The notes beneath the pieces are model-generated. The model was not told where the DNA came from. It saw only the letters and a program-made list of their open reading frames with translations, and did not search any database. Source: Leucoraja ocellata (lineage: Eukaryota). Taken from it: 64,000 nt of DNA. The translations under genes were made by a program, and so were the position numbers. The stretch lies in NCBI GenBank assembly GCA_036785375.1, contig JAWMAR010000023.1, positions 11,284,001 through 11,348,000 of the forward strand, given 5' to 3'. Positions 36,101 to 51,100 of this stretch are shown in pieces. The stretch's first letter is position 1, and the number at the start of each line of letters is the position of its first letter.

Positions 36101-39100
36101 TCCCTTGACTTACAAAGGTTATGTGGCAGGAACCAAGCTACAGAACCATTCCTGTACAAGACACACTTGATGTTTTGCTGTACTTGGTTCTTGAATGTAA
36201 ATTGCTTTCATCTATCACCTTCAATAATTAAAGCAGTTCATTGCCTCACCTGGGTTTACATTGGCAGTCTCAGACAAAGTGGAACGCATTCCCAATGTCT
36301 GTGATAAGCTTGCAGCATCATTCTCCTGTTAATGTACAAAGGAAGCACACAGTCAAAACGGTTCTCTCAACTGTGATTATATACTTATCATACAATTAAA
36401 AAAAACTCTATTTCAAGTTAATTATGCCATACATCAACTTCCTCTCTTGGAAATTGCTCATGCAGATACTTTAAAAAACTCTCAAATAGTCTTTATATAA
36501 GCCCCAAATAAAAGGAAATTTGCAATTATGTTGAAAAAGTGCCGAACAGGAGCATCCTCTTACACTTTCTGATTCACTGGGACTGGAAGCCAAGCCATCA
36601 TTGTCATATCCAATGTAAGCAAACATGACTTGAGAAGTAATGGAGAATTTCTTTGTAAATGCAATGGCACAAAAATGTATGGAATATCTTAAACATTTTG
36701 ACATTCATTCAGTGCGAGTCCATCACAAGAACAATGTCTTGCATGGTATATGGGTGTTTCCGTAAATACACCACTCAGTAGTGAAGCTGAAGGTCTTCAA
36801 ACTTCCAGGTTATTTTCCTGTTTTTTTATGTAATATTCCCATTCTTTCATATGCTGTATTTTAAGTAGTATAGATTATGGTGTATAGAGAAAATAATGAG
36901 ATGAAACAAAAATAAATTAATCTGTTTTTACAAAGAAAAATATCAGATGTGTCCTTGTGTTTTCTTGCCTTTTTTGTGACATTTATCAAGCAGGATTTCA
37001 TCAAATCCTTAGAGTAATTTATACCAGAAAGAATACATTAATTTTGCAATTAAATAACTCTCCATAAGCCAAATTCTGATTATGCTTATGATTTATAACC
37101 AGATAAGGTGGTTTTTCAATGCCCCAAGTTTTTGCAACAGATCGTGAGTAGCAGTCAATTTTGTCACGTGTTAAATGTGCGAATTAAAAGCAGAGTAACC
37201 ATTTATATATTTATTGTTTCTTTTTGTTATTGTTTATATTTTGTGTTTAAGCTTTCTATTGAAATACTAAATAATGAAAAGAACTTAAAATCATGAAATA
37301 AAAATTTAGTTTGCTCACCCGAACCCTATTTGAGCAATGTCTCAGTCTGTTCCCCCCCCCCCCCCTTGTTGAGTAATGTCGTGAATGCTATATATGGCGC
37401 TAAAATGCTTCGCGATTAAAAAATATATTCAAAAAACACAATTGTAATGACCCTGGCATGAACTACGGGCCTCGTGGTGGGTTAGGTACTGACATTTTGT
37501 AAGGGAGCTTCAAAATTAGTCAGTGCCCTATATGTCATAAAATAAAATTCTCTTTTTTTTCCATTCAAATTTTGAAAATATTAAAGTTTGGTCAAATTAT
37601 GGTTGATTTTGATCACAAAATAGCTCAAAAGGATCATAGGTAGGCCCATTTTTAATCCTGTGGTATTTCATTATGATATAGTAACTGTAAAATGTGGCTA
37701 CCCATGTCACAGGTTGCTACCCTCATTTACTGAAACACCTATATAGGAATATTTAATACTAAAAACATTGTTTGCCACTGCACAAAATTGGGCTTGACCA
37801 CCAGAAAGCGGAGGAGGAAAATTAATTGTCTAAAACAACAATTCAAAATTAGGCTTGAGATGGCTTTTGAGCTCAAACAGTTTGGGGCAACCAAAGAAGT
37901 TTTTGAAAATCTGCTTGAAGATATCAAAAGATTTGTGCCACTGGTGGAAAGGAGGAAAAACTAATTTTTCTCAATTAAGCAAAGTAAGTCAATATTTTAG
38001 GAACGATATACCACTTGTACAAATTCTACTGACTGATGGCTCCCTCCTGAGGCTGATGGCAAAATGAATTACTGAGTGATGGATTCAGCAAAGTATTACT
38101 ATTCCCCTTTCGTGCAAACACAATTAATTCCACAAAGTTTTATCACAGCATCAACAACAAAAACATCAATTAAACGTTAATATGTTTTGTTAACTAGGCA
38201 TGTTTTCCAAATGTAATTCAGCTATCATGGACTGACACCTACTGGTTTGGGTGAAACTAGGACAGGGAATAAGGAACCTTGTGCTGCCATGTCTCGCAGG
38301 AACAAGCCTCCCAGCTGAACAGAGAACAGGGTAGATTCCGTACGAGGGGAGGACTCCACACCAATTTTCACTCCTGGAAAAAGACACAAAAGAACAAGGC
38401 AATTGTTTTTTCTGACACCTCCAGGGACTAAATAATTAACGGTAGTGGTGCACAATAGAAGGCTCACTTTCTTACCTGGCCTGTCTCAGTACAAGTGCCC
38501 CAGCTCACCACTTTCAACTGCCTGTGACTACCATACCTGTTGGATGATTCCTTGGTGACAATACTGGCTTTGTCATGACCTTATTGCAGGCAAAGACCTT
38601 CTCTAACATACACAGCAAGGCTATGCAGAACTTTGCCCACCTGTCAAGGCAGACCCCAGGCTGAATACATGGTCAAAATCATCGAAAGAGTTGGCATGCC
38701 TTGAATGTTGTTGATATCCACAAGCATTCAAAATAACAAATGCCATAAGATATCAATCATACACTATAACTTACAACATAAAAGCACAGTAAAAGAATAA
38801 AACACTTAAAACCCCATAAAATATCTTTAAAAAATAAAATACAAATGTTAATTTATCCAAATTGGTACTCTGCTCACAGCTCCATAAGAAATTCAACATC
38901 AGAGCTTCATTGGAATCATTGCGTAAAGAGCTCTTAAGAAATTTGAGTTACACATTTGTGCTAGTGGGCCTCAGAATTGTTTCGACTACACTATCTAGTC
39001 ATTTCAAAAAGATCTGCATTATGGTTGTAGTATATTCTCTTTAAACTTTCAGGACCATGAACAGTTCCTGCAGCACCCCACGTATAACCAACCCACTGTA

Positions 39101-42100
39101 TTTTTTCTCCCTCCTTTCTATTCAGAACTACTTAAATTTGCTTCAATTTTCAGTTACCACAGAAAATTGTTGAAGGCTAGGATTTTTCTCAAGATGAAAA
39201 TTGGAGTGCCACCACCACGAACAACGAAGGAGAGATTAAACCACCCAATTCTAAATATTGTCCTAATGGGAGACACACGCAGCACCTAGCAACACCGTAT
39301 AATTAACCTCAGAACAATTATTATAAGCATGGAATGGGAATTCTATTTTTATCCAAAATTTGAAGAAATGTATCCAATTTGCAACATTTTAACAACAGTA
39401 TTATTAAGCAATGGTTTATGGATTTTCTTTCATCATTTGTGGGTCTTAAAAATCATGCATACCGATTATAGCATCACATGTGCAATTTGACCTTCTCATA
39501 TTCTTTCTTATATTTTGCAATCTTACAGTACTTTCTGCACATTGAGCTGTGATCCTTTCCCAGGATTCACTTAGGACAAATGAATGAAGGCGAATCCTGA
39601 ACATCGTTGAAAATTACCTGAAAACTCCAGTTCTACAAAAGCCGTCTCAGTCCCACAAAGATTAGTCTCCTTATCGTGTCTCAGCAAACTGACGGTCCCA
39701 CTTTGTAGCAAGAAGTTCAGTTTAATAAAAACATGGTCCCTCCTCGTGAATGTGTTCAAGTTTGATGTATCAGTCATTGTGTTAAAGATTTCATCGCCAT
39801 CTGACAAAAGGAATGAAGTAAAAGTTGCCCAGTGAATTGAAGGAAACCAAATACATTGTCAGTTTTCATCGAGTACATTAGATACTTCCAATAGCTCAAC
39901 AGTCAGATGAACAAACATATCAACAAGGATTTTCTTTTACAATGAGACATCCATTACAAATTTCAACTGGCCTATATAAGAGAAGTACCACTGTCAAGGC
40001 GAAGCAACAAATTTGGGTGGAGCGAACTGAAATGTAAAATGTTCACATATTTATCATGTGCAATAGGGAGTAAAAAATGGCTTATGTCAACAGAGAGCAG
40101 GAAGTTGTCATGCCGGTTACTCTTCTAGATTTAGTAGCAGACAGTGGAATCATATTTCTTCCTATTCAGCCAGGTATATGGAATGGGCTGCCAGGGCAAG
40201 TGGTAGCGATATGTATAATTATGACACTTAAGACATATGGACAAGTATATTATTAGGATGCTTTGCGGGATAAGGAGGGCTGGCACAGGCAAGTGAGACT
40301 AGATTGGTTAGGCAACTTGGTCAGCATGGATGAGTTGGACCAAAGGCCTTGTATTTGTACTGTATAGCTCTACAATTAATATTAGGTGTCCTTTTCCTGC
40401 TATTATCAATTTTGTCATAAAAAGTTAGTTGAACACTTCAAAATACACTGTAGAACATCTTTTAAACATAGCTTCCAGCGAAGTAATAACACACTGTGTT
40501 ATCTTTAATACAATGCAGCTGGCAGATATTGAATACTTGCTCAGTTATTTCAACATTTATTATCTTTGCATAAACCACACAGTAACTTCCAAATTTAGTC
40601 ATTTGCCTAGATGAATTACAAAAACAAATTATATTAAAAATTGCACAAGGAGGAATAAAGTGATCTAGTATAAAAGCAATAAATAGCAAGGTTGCGTAGA
40701 CAGGAAAAACCTGAAATTCGTGTTCACTCTTAACTCAGTTAGCTGATGTCAGCCTGGAGGGTGGCAAGGAAGCTGGTGTTTTAATTTGTTAAACTAGATT
40801 TGGGAGAACAAATATCCTTACTGAAGGTCCAGGGAGCCATTCTGGAAACACAAACAGATGGCAGATGAAGACAATGATTGGGTTTTAATGCAATAGTTTG
40901 CAAGGTCAAGTAGTCTTCTCTTTCTTAAATGAAAGAAAGCAAATTCTATCTTCTGTGGAAAGTGCAGCAAAGGAGTAAATGGTAAAGACTAACTGAAAAG
41001 GGAAGATCACGAAATAACAGATGTAGTGCCTTGATCTTAAGAGGATTATGAGTTGAGGCCGAGTTCTCAATCATTGACCATGACAGAAATGTGAACAAAT
41101 GCCAATGGGGAAACGTGCAACATCTGGCAAAAATCATTAGCTGCCTCTGACATCTATTCTATAATCTTCATCTGATGCGGTGGATTTTCTGGTTATATAA
41201 TTCTATTGGCTGCTGCAGAATAGAGCAACATTTCAAATATAAACTTTACAAACTAAAATAAATATCTAGTGAATTGCATAAATACACACAGATGCTGATT
41301 CTCAAGTGGTAGTTAGATCTTCGGCATTTTTGGTATCCAATAAATGCTGTATACATCCTTTCAAGCCAAATCCGAAGTTATGTACAAAAGATAAAAACCA
41401 GGCCAATCTATGAGTTTCAGACACTGCTGTTTGTTAAATGGACAGCAGCTGCCTCACCCATGGGAAATGTCAATGCTTTTCTAGAGATTTGTGCCATCCA
41501 TGGAGATGATTTGGTAGGTTCTATGGAAAGAGTAAGAAGGAAGGATGGATAGTGAAGGTTCTTCTATGGGAGACTTGCCTTAATTGCAGGGATTAATCAC
41601 AGGCCAGACTGTGGCAGCAAATCCCTGTGATCAGAGGTAGCATTTGATCCACAAGTCAAGGGGGAGCTTGTTATTAATACAGGGGATCTATACAGGGGAC
41701 TGCTGGCACTGAATTTATTTCTAATAACATTTTTGTTACATTTTTTAATATAAATAATAAATGCAGGCTACTTCCTATTACCCATAGTTCAATACTTCTG
41801 CATAGCATGTCCTTATTTGATCATGAGTTAATTACAGATTACAAGTCGTAATGTTCCAATCTGTTTTTTTATCATTAGACAATTAAAAGCGCGCCACACA
41901 TATTGACGATGTGAGCACTTTAATGGTGAGCTGGAAAGATACAACAGGGCATGAAGTCAGAATGATTAAGGTGATTTGTGACGGGGGAGTGCATCGTCCA
42001 ACTACACCAGCTGCGTTGCTACCTTCTTGGATTAAAGACATTCTTCTTCAGAAGTTAAAAGGACCCTGGACTTGTCACTCATAACATTTATGAGATTCAA

Positions 42101-45100
42101 TTTAAATTATCTTACCAACATTTCTTAATTACTAGCAGTAAAGGTAGAATCATTTCAATGGTTTAAATGTGTCTATGTCAGGATATCAAGGCAACTGTTG
42201 GGAAACATTTGACAACTGCCAAAAATACATGTACCAAAGGTGAGGTTAACTCACACTGCACCTTCAGCATCCCAGGTGACCACTTAAAGAAGGTAGTGTG
42301 AATGCAAGTCTTATCATACCTAATGACTCTTCTGGGCTCCACTGCTGCTGCTCTTCAGGTGTGAGATCTTCCACAGTTATACCCTGTTGCAATTGCTGAG
42401 TGGTTTGAGAGTAGCCATACCAGCCACCCCACCCAGGGAACCAAGACTGCAGATACTGGATCATGCCGCTGCGGTTTCCATGCATTGACTTTGGGTGTGA
42501 GGAAGAACCCGGAGCTTCTGATGGAGGCTCACGCAGTTTCTGTCACAATGACCAAAATAAAAGCAAGTTTAAACATACAGTAATTTCCATGTTGTATGTG
42601 TGCTCAAAGCAGCCCGAATGCTGAACGGTTAATAAATGATTTGAAAAACAACTTTAGTATTTTCCCCATGCCCCAATCATTAAACTGTATTCCACTCAAC
42701 ACAAATAAAAATGAAAGTTCCAACATATGTCACTAGATTAACATAGTGCACTACAACTCCACACATTGTGCTCCAAATTTCAAATCTGCCATTCTCAGTT
42801 ACTGTTAAGTAAGGACCCAGTATATATAAAATACTGTCTTAGATTCTAACGTCAAATAGCGGTGAATCTACGGTTAGTTCTGTCTTAATTGTCTACAACT
42901 TAAGGATTTTCACCTGTGCGGAAAAAATGTTCCAAATTTGCAGTCAGCATTGCATCACGGTTTTTGGTGATTGCACTCTGGTGCTGAACAATTCCTAGAG
43001 TTTTGTGCCTGGATTTTACAATCACTACTCAAAGGAATAAATCCACCTCTATGATCACAAAATGACTGATCTTAGCTCCACGAACCCTAAAGAAGTGCAG
43101 TAGAGCTATGAGACTAGAGCTGCCTACAACAGTGCAGCTTACTAACACTGTAAGGTCCATATTGCTCGGCACACTGTAGCAGTGGTCTGCAGGGTTAAGT
43201 CAAAAGGGAAGAATTCCTTTGATAGGTTTTTGGCACCATGATATGCTAGCAAGGAACGCTCACTAACAGGGATCTGCTTGTCTCGGATATTGGATTATTG
43301 ACACCATCATTCAATGTCAGGATTCAGACTTTTATCGCAGATTTCTTATGTTGGAAACTCTTGACAAGAGAAACCACAACTTTGCAGCTGGCAGATCGAG
43401 TTACTTCTTCTGCAACACCTTGTTGATTTAAATCTACAACCCTAACTGTGTGCAAGAGTAAGTAGTTAATCGAATATCCTGACCTCAGCCAGTATATCAT
43501 GCTTCTTGAACTGCTCAAATACAATTTCTCGCAAGATTTCCAGCTCTTCGAAGCTCTGTTCGTCCTCAATCCGTTCTAACTCCTCCTAAGAAAAAAAACA
43601 GTACAGCACAAGTTGTATCAGAGGGATGCAAGTGACACTCTCCACAAATATGATTTCTCTAAGACTTCCTTAGCTTCAAATATTGACTGAGCAACTCTAT
43701 CGCTGTGCCACTGCGTCACCCCAAACAATCACATTTTAGTAATTCAGTAGAATGGTTATACAGTGTTCTTAAACTAGCGACATGGCAAACTGATAAGTCA
43801 TTTCCAACGAAGATCACATTACCTCCTCTTCTAATGAATTCAGATTTCCTTTCAGCTTTTGATGATATTTCTCAGTGTAGAATACTGCGTCCCTTGCTCG
43901 TTGCAACACAAAGGTCCAGTTTAATCGCATCCTCTGCTCACGAATCTCAGCAAGATTGGCATTTAGTGCAAAATTCCACCACTCCCGGGAACTATTTATA
44001 AGGGAAAGAACAGAAAATTGAATTTTTCCAATAATGTTAGCATGAAGTTTTTCTGAGAAAATCTATATATTTATGTGTATTGATAGATGGGTGATCTCCC
44101 ATAACATTAAATGCACGCAGTGCTTTTTTGACTTTGGCAGATAGTTTAAAATGGGATTGTCAACAGTCAAAAAACTATTACATAAATAAGTGGGTGATCT
44201 GATAGCTCCAAAATTGAAATTATTCCTCCAGCCATGAAGAACAGATAACGTCTTCAGATAATACAGGATGCGACTTCAATAGCAAATGTGCCAGGGTGTG
44301 TAGACGTCCGTGGATTAGTCTCTACATGACGAGGTATATATTCTTTATTTTGGGTTTTATATTTGCATGAATCCTGTTAAAATTGAAACTGTACGTTCAA
44401 TCACATCGCTCTATAATCACAGAGGCAATTTTCATTATAAAGGTGGACATAGGAATTTATCATAAAAATAAATAATGTTAGGTATACGATGGACCGAGCA
44501 GATTAAATTAAAAAGGGTTTACCCTTCATTGACATGGAGCCAGGAAGATTCAAGAGGTTATTCTGAGTCATGAACAAACTGTACCAGTCATTAATGACAT
44601 GCAGTAATTTTGCATTGATTTTCCAAAGGCTTCAGAACATGAATTAGTTGTGAATAAGTGATTAAAATGCTGCACACAGAGCAACATGTATAAAAGCGTA
44701 AGCTTTCACCTCTTATCGATTAAATCAAAGAATATTGAGATGGGCATTGCGAACAAATGCAAATTGTGATGGTTAATTCAATGCTTATCTCTGAAAGTAA
44801 AATAAAAGGAGGAAACAACAGATTGAAGAGGTAAAAGAGTTATACTTTTTACGTTCGTTAATACATGAACAATAAATAAAATCTAAAGAGATGAGACAGG
44901 AATTGTTTAACAATAATTAATGGGAAGAAGAAAGGAAGAGGCGGAGACAGTAGGCTGTGGGAGAGCTGGGAAGGGGAGGGGAAGGAGGGAGAATGCAAGG
45001 ACTACCTGAAATTGGAGAAGTCAATGTTCATACCGCTGGGGTGTGAACTGCCCAAGCAAAATATGAGGTGCTGCTCCTCCAATATGTGGTGGGACTCACT

Positions 45101-48100
45101 CTGGCCATGGAGGAGGCGCAGGCCAGAAAGGTCGGATTCGGAATGGGAGGGGGAGTTGAAGTGCTGGGCCACCGGGAGATCAGGTTGGTTACTCTTGAGT
45201 GTAATGTCACCACTGTCTTGTGCAACTGGATCATAATGTCCAAACTCCTGTACTCAATTCCCCAACTAGTGAATGCTAACATGCCAAAAGCCTACTAAAT
45301 CCCTCTCTCTTCCTGTGACATCACTTTCAGGAAGCCATGTATGTGTACTCCTTGATCCCTGTGTTCTACAACACTCTACTGTTCACTTTGAAGGTCCTGC
45401 CCTGGTTAGACTTCGCAAAATATACTCCACACTAAACCAAATGAAACTCCGTCAGTCATTCCACATCCGACTTGTCCAACTGATCAAAACCCTGCTGCCA
45501 TTCTTGATAATGTTTTTCACTGTCCATAACATCATCTATTTTTGTGTCATCTGGTAACTTTCTAATCATGAATTGTACATTCTCAATAAAAAACAATGAT
45601 ATAGATGAAAAAAAGCAATGAGCCCAGCACCAATCCTGAGACACACTACTAGTCACAGAATTCCAGTCCTAAAAAATGACTTTCCATCACTACCCTCTGC
45701 TTCCTACCATGAGCCAAATGTTTTCTCCAGTTAGACAGCTCATCCAGGATATCATACGATTTAACCTGGAAAAGCCTAATATACGGAACCTAACCAAATG
45801 CCTTTCAACAAATAAAGTTTTCACCAGGATACTGAAGAGACTATATTTGGATTTGTCTTGCACTTTCATGGGAAAACTTGGCATAATCCAACTAGCTTTG
45901 CTCATTCTTTTCATCAGTAATGTACAGAGCACCACTCTTGATAATGTTTTTCATTGTCCATAACATCATCTATTTTTGTGTCATCTGGTAACTTTCTAGC
46001 ATAGTAGGTGTGCATAGTAGTTTGGCTTTCTTCCCAACCAATTGTTCAAGCGCTTTTGATTGCAACATACGCCTTAATTTAGTTCAACAAAGAAACTGAC
46101 AAGTTACTAAAGAACCTAGATAGCATTGTAGGTGTGCAGATGAAAATGCCCCCCTTACACGCAACTCGAAAATGCAAAATAAGTTAATTTGTTAATTTCC
46201 AGAAGTCACACAAAAATTAAACTGAAGGGAAACTTACTTTAATTTAATGGGAACTTTAGGTCTCCATTTTCTCAATTGAAGTTGCCGTTCTTTTCTTTCC
46301 ATTTCTTTCAAGAATGTCATCAATTGCTGGTACTGCACCTGAGTATAAAGTAGCACAAGGAGAACAAGATACCAACTTAGAATTTATATCTGAAACAGCA
46401 GCAAGTGCAAACAGAATCTCCACTTTACATAACCCATATATTATTCTTCTTTCAGCATTTTGATCGGAATGTAGATCAACACCTTTAACAAGATTTAGAA
46501 TAACCAATAGGTTCAACATTAACTGGACTGCTGAGATTTGTCCGCACTCTCAATCCAGAATTGCAAGGCTGAATGCAGAGATAAGTTTTCATGGCTTCAA
46601 TTCCCTACATTCAAATTAAAATTTGCCATCTGCAAAATAAATTTGTCACCCTACAAATAAACCTCTGCCAGTACAAAGCTTGCAAGCAAATTGAACAAGC
46701 AATCTACTGTGCTTTTTAACTTGCTTAGATGGAAATGTTATACCCTAAATTCTCGTTATCTATCGACATACTATCAGCAAGTCTATATATCCATTGTTTC
46801 AGCCTGAATAGCATATTCCTCTGGAGTCTTCTCCTATGGCATCTAGTGAATACAGTTTTCCATAACATGAATTGTATTTGATGTCGTACACTGGCAGGTG
46901 GTGAGATATAAATAGTTGGTCTGCTGTTTGAGCCAGGGTTGGAATCGGAGGCAGGAGTATTGAGAGCAGGAACCTTGGTAGTTTTGTAGCCAGAACTGGA
47001 GGCAGGAATGCAGAAATAGACACAAAAGTGTTGGAGTAACTGTGTGTGTCCGGCAGTATATCTGGACATGTGATGTTTCTGGTCGGGACCCTTCTTCAGA
47101 CTCGGGAATGCAGGTTGGGTATGTGGTGGGAGCCAGAGTCAGGAACAGCAGGTTCCAAGAATAGGTTTGTGGATAGAGCCAAGATCCTGTGCACTGGCCA
47201 GGTGTGAGGATTGGGCCAGGGCCAGGAACACTGGGGCTGGGAACACACTTGATTTGCAGTTGCAAGCACGATCCAGAGTTTTTGCATGTCCTAGTTTGTT
47301 TTGATAGGCTCAAACATAGAAACTGAAACTTGCATAAAAATATGAATCCAGAGAAAACAATCCAAGTCTGTCCAACCTCTCCCTGCAGTTGGTAAATCTC
47401 CAAAGTACCCTTCCCAAATTCTCCACATCCTTCCTGTAACTGGGTGCCCGGAGCTGCAAGCAATATTCTAAATGTGGCCTAACCAAAGTCCTATAAAGTT
47501 GCATCATGACTTCCTGATTGTTACAATACAATACAATATTTATTGTCATTTGAGCCTCAGTGAGGCTCAAACAAAATTCCGTTTCCACAGCCATACAAAC
47601 AAAGACAATTTCCTACAGACATACACACAATTTAATTCACACAAACATCCATCACAGTGAACCCACTGTGATGGAAGGCAAAGTCTTTTCTCTCCCCTGT
47701 TCTCCGTGTCTCTCCCAATGTCCAAGCCCCAGGCATTGTTACTCTCAATGCCCCGAACTATGAAAGCAAGCATACCTTATGTCTTCTGTACCCCTGTCAC
47801 CTTATGTTACCTTACGCCTTCTTTACCTTTACCTTGAGGGAGTTATGTACTTGGACCCCAGAATCCCTCTATATATTGATGTTGTTGCGGGGCATGCCCT
47901 CAATTGTATATTTTCACCTTAAATTCGACCTCCCAAGTGCAACACCTCACACTTGCTTAGATTAAACTCCATCTGCTATTTCTCTGCCCATTTATGTAGT
48001 CGTTCCATATCCCACTGATCTATATACCTTAACAACCATCCTCACAGCTTGTGACCCCATCAATCTTTGTGTTATCTGCAAACTTACTAAACAAGCTGTC

Positions 48101-51100
48101 TACGTTTACTTCCAAGTCATTTATTTTCTATCACAAACAGCTGAGGTCCCAGCACAGAACTCCACTAGACATAGACCTTCAGCCTGAATACTGCCCCACC
48201 ACCACCACTGGTCACCTGGCTAGGCTCTTTTCTCAACACGAGGTCCAGTATGTTCCCTCCTCCGGCTGGACTACCCCATACTGTTTTGAGAAACCCTCTT
48301 GGATCAGCCTGACAAATTCTACCCTGTATAAGTCTTTGGCATTGAGCAAGTGTCTGTCAATCTTGGGGAAGTTAAAGTCACCCACAAAGACAACCATGTT
48401 GCTTTGATATCTTTCGGTAATCTGTTTACAACTCTGTTCCTCACTCCCACTTTCTCCTCTTTACCTAATCCCATCAGAGTGCATGCTTCTTTCTTGTTTC
48501 TAAACTACCGACATCGCCTCAGTGGACAAACCCTTCAGTGTGTCCACTATGAAGGCTGCTATGGCAGTCTCCAAGGGAGAATTGTGAATTATTTGTTGCC
48601 AAGATGAGAGTACAAGTAATCTGCGATGTAACAATACAGCAGCGTTGGTTCAGACTGGCTAAAACCAGTAGTATTCTCTACAATATTCCTTGTATTGAAA
48701 TAAACAAACTTCAGCCAATCAGCCTCACTTAGACTTGTTGGTTAGTTGACCGACATCCTCTGAGAACACCACTGTTTCAGAATATTAGTGTAATATGCAG
48801 AAGTAAATGATGGACCAAAACACTTACAAACAAGAGAATTTAACTTCCTCTAAATGACCCCTTACTCTCTTATTTTTGGTTCAAACTGCCTTACCTGCGA
48901 AAGTTTCAATGGAATTGTCTTCAGGTTGACATCACACTCAATGCGCGGTGTATTCCGGGAACGCAAGGGCTCTTTGGCTCCGTTTCTCTTTAAAAGTGCA
49001 GAAGCGCAGACAGGTTCGAGTATGTACTTGTGATCTCTGTTTTGCAGGCAATGATCTATTGCATCCTGGAAAGTAATAAAGATGCGTGAGATCCAAATAT
49101 ACTTCCCTTCACCCTCAAGCAAATAGTTTCCAAGCTTAGTCAGAACGGTTCTTCATAGAATCAAAGTCAAAGGTTATATTTTTAATGATCAGGGAAAATC
49201 TCAGCAACTATTTTTATTGGAAATTCTCACCCAATAATACAAAAAAAAACCGATCTCAGCTAAGTTTTAGTTATAGGTAGACAAAAAATGCTGGAGAAAC
49301 TCAGCAGGTGAGGCAGCATCTATGGAGAGAAGGAATCGGCGACGTTTCGGGTCGAGACCCATCTTCAGTCTGAAGAAGGGTCTTGACCCGAAACATCGCC
49401 TATTCCTTCTCTCCATAGATGCTGCCTCACCCGCTGAGTTTTTCCAGGTATAAGTACATATCTGGCTTGAGAACCATTGGAAATTAAAAAAAACTATTTT
49501 ATTTCTGGAATATATATTTGGAGTAATTCTCTAAATATTTCCCCAGTAGGTATAATTAAAAGGGTTGACAGGCGATTTGGGTGTCGCAGGGGAGAATATT
49601 ATGGTGCTCCATATTTGTCCTGTCAGCCATACCATCATTATGGATCAATTCTATAAGATACTAATTATAAAGGCTAGTAGCACACCAGAGACAAGATTTT
49701 AAATTATATCATGTCAGAACCAGGCTAATAATTCAAGAGGCATGGGCTCCAGGCTTGTTTAGGCACACCCTCAAAACATCACCATGTTGTGAAGTGCATG
49801 AAGAAATTAAGAAACAGAATATTTATGTATTAATAAATCACCGACTCCCAACATCGCGGAGCTGGGGCTGCAGGCGTCCGGCCGTGGGCGGCGCCGGTTG
49901 TAGCTCCGACCCCGGCAACTCTACCCCTGGCTGCGCGGCGCTCCAAATCCAGCGCGATGTTGTGTGTCGGCGGCCACAGCACTCCGGAGCTTACCGCACG
50001 GCGACCCAGTAAGGCATTGCCCGCTCCCCGCTGGTATCCCAGGGCTGCGACGCTGCCGACTCCCAACATCGCGGAGCTGGGGCTGCGGGCGTCCGGCCGC
50101 GGGCCACGCTGGATTTGGAGTGCCGCGCAGCCAGGGGTAGAGTTTCCGGGGTCGGAGCTCCAAGCGGCTCCGCCCGCGGCCGGACGCCCGCAGCACCCAG
50201 CTCCGCGATGTTGGGAGTCGGCGGCCACAGCGCTCCGGAGCTTACTGCACGGCGACCCGGTAAGGCATTGCCCGCTCCCTGCCTCTCTGACCAGGTAGGG
50301 GACTAAGAATTAAAGTTTCCCCCTTCCACCCCCCCCCCCCCCCACCACATAAAATCCCTCCAAACTAACTGACTAACATTTAAGCAATGATTTACAACGA
50401 TTCCCCGGTCTCCGGGGAGGAGGCAGCCACTCCAGACTTTTCAAGCCGCCCGCGCTACCTACCTAATCTACGCTAAAAATCTTCCATTCAGAAATCCGAA
50501 AAATTCCGAAATCCGAGAAGTGTCTGGTCCCAAGGCTTTCGGATAAAAGGTTGTGCACCTGTAGTATCAAAGTGGCGAATGATTCATTGAAGTCCAAGTA
50601 AATAAAACTCATACCTGGAGTTCAGAAGGAGGAACATCGCCCAGTAACTCGGTGTCCATATCCCAGTAAATACTGAAATCCTCAATTTTTAATCTCTTTT
50701 TTCTTATGGACTTCTCAACCTCAGAATAAAAGAAAAATGTGGTAAGTAAAGCAATAGTATCAATGTTGTGGGGGATTACTTTAGTTGCAAAGAAATTTGC
50801 AATTGTTCACAATTTTATCCTATCAGTGTTGTTTCTCCTAAAGTGCAATGGATTCCCCATTCACCTTTAACCAAGACCGCTAAACTCTATACAGATACAA
50901 ACAATCCTTTCCCTTCTCGAACTGATCTCCTGGTTATGTTAGAAAAACAAGAAACAGCAGATGCTGGTTTACTAAAGAATGCATAAACTGCTAGAGAAGT
51001 GCTAGAGTAACTCTGGTGCTAGAGTTAACGGGTTGCTATCATGAAAGTTATAGTATGTATGTATAGAATGTATAAGTGGCAGATAAATGTTTACAAGAAC

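Noticed and set aside
36471-36704. Alternative candidate for exon 14 (donor gtaaga near 36563)
   Set aside because: Wrong phase; 36250-36325 fits the phase and has better splice sites.
37100-37740. Possible DNA transposon (AT-rich with scattered CpG, poly-C tract)
   Set aside because: No convincing TIR pair or TSD found by eye.
49755-50306. Overlapping Ala/Pro/Arg-rich ORFs
   Set aside because: Artefact of GC-rich repeated transposon sequence.
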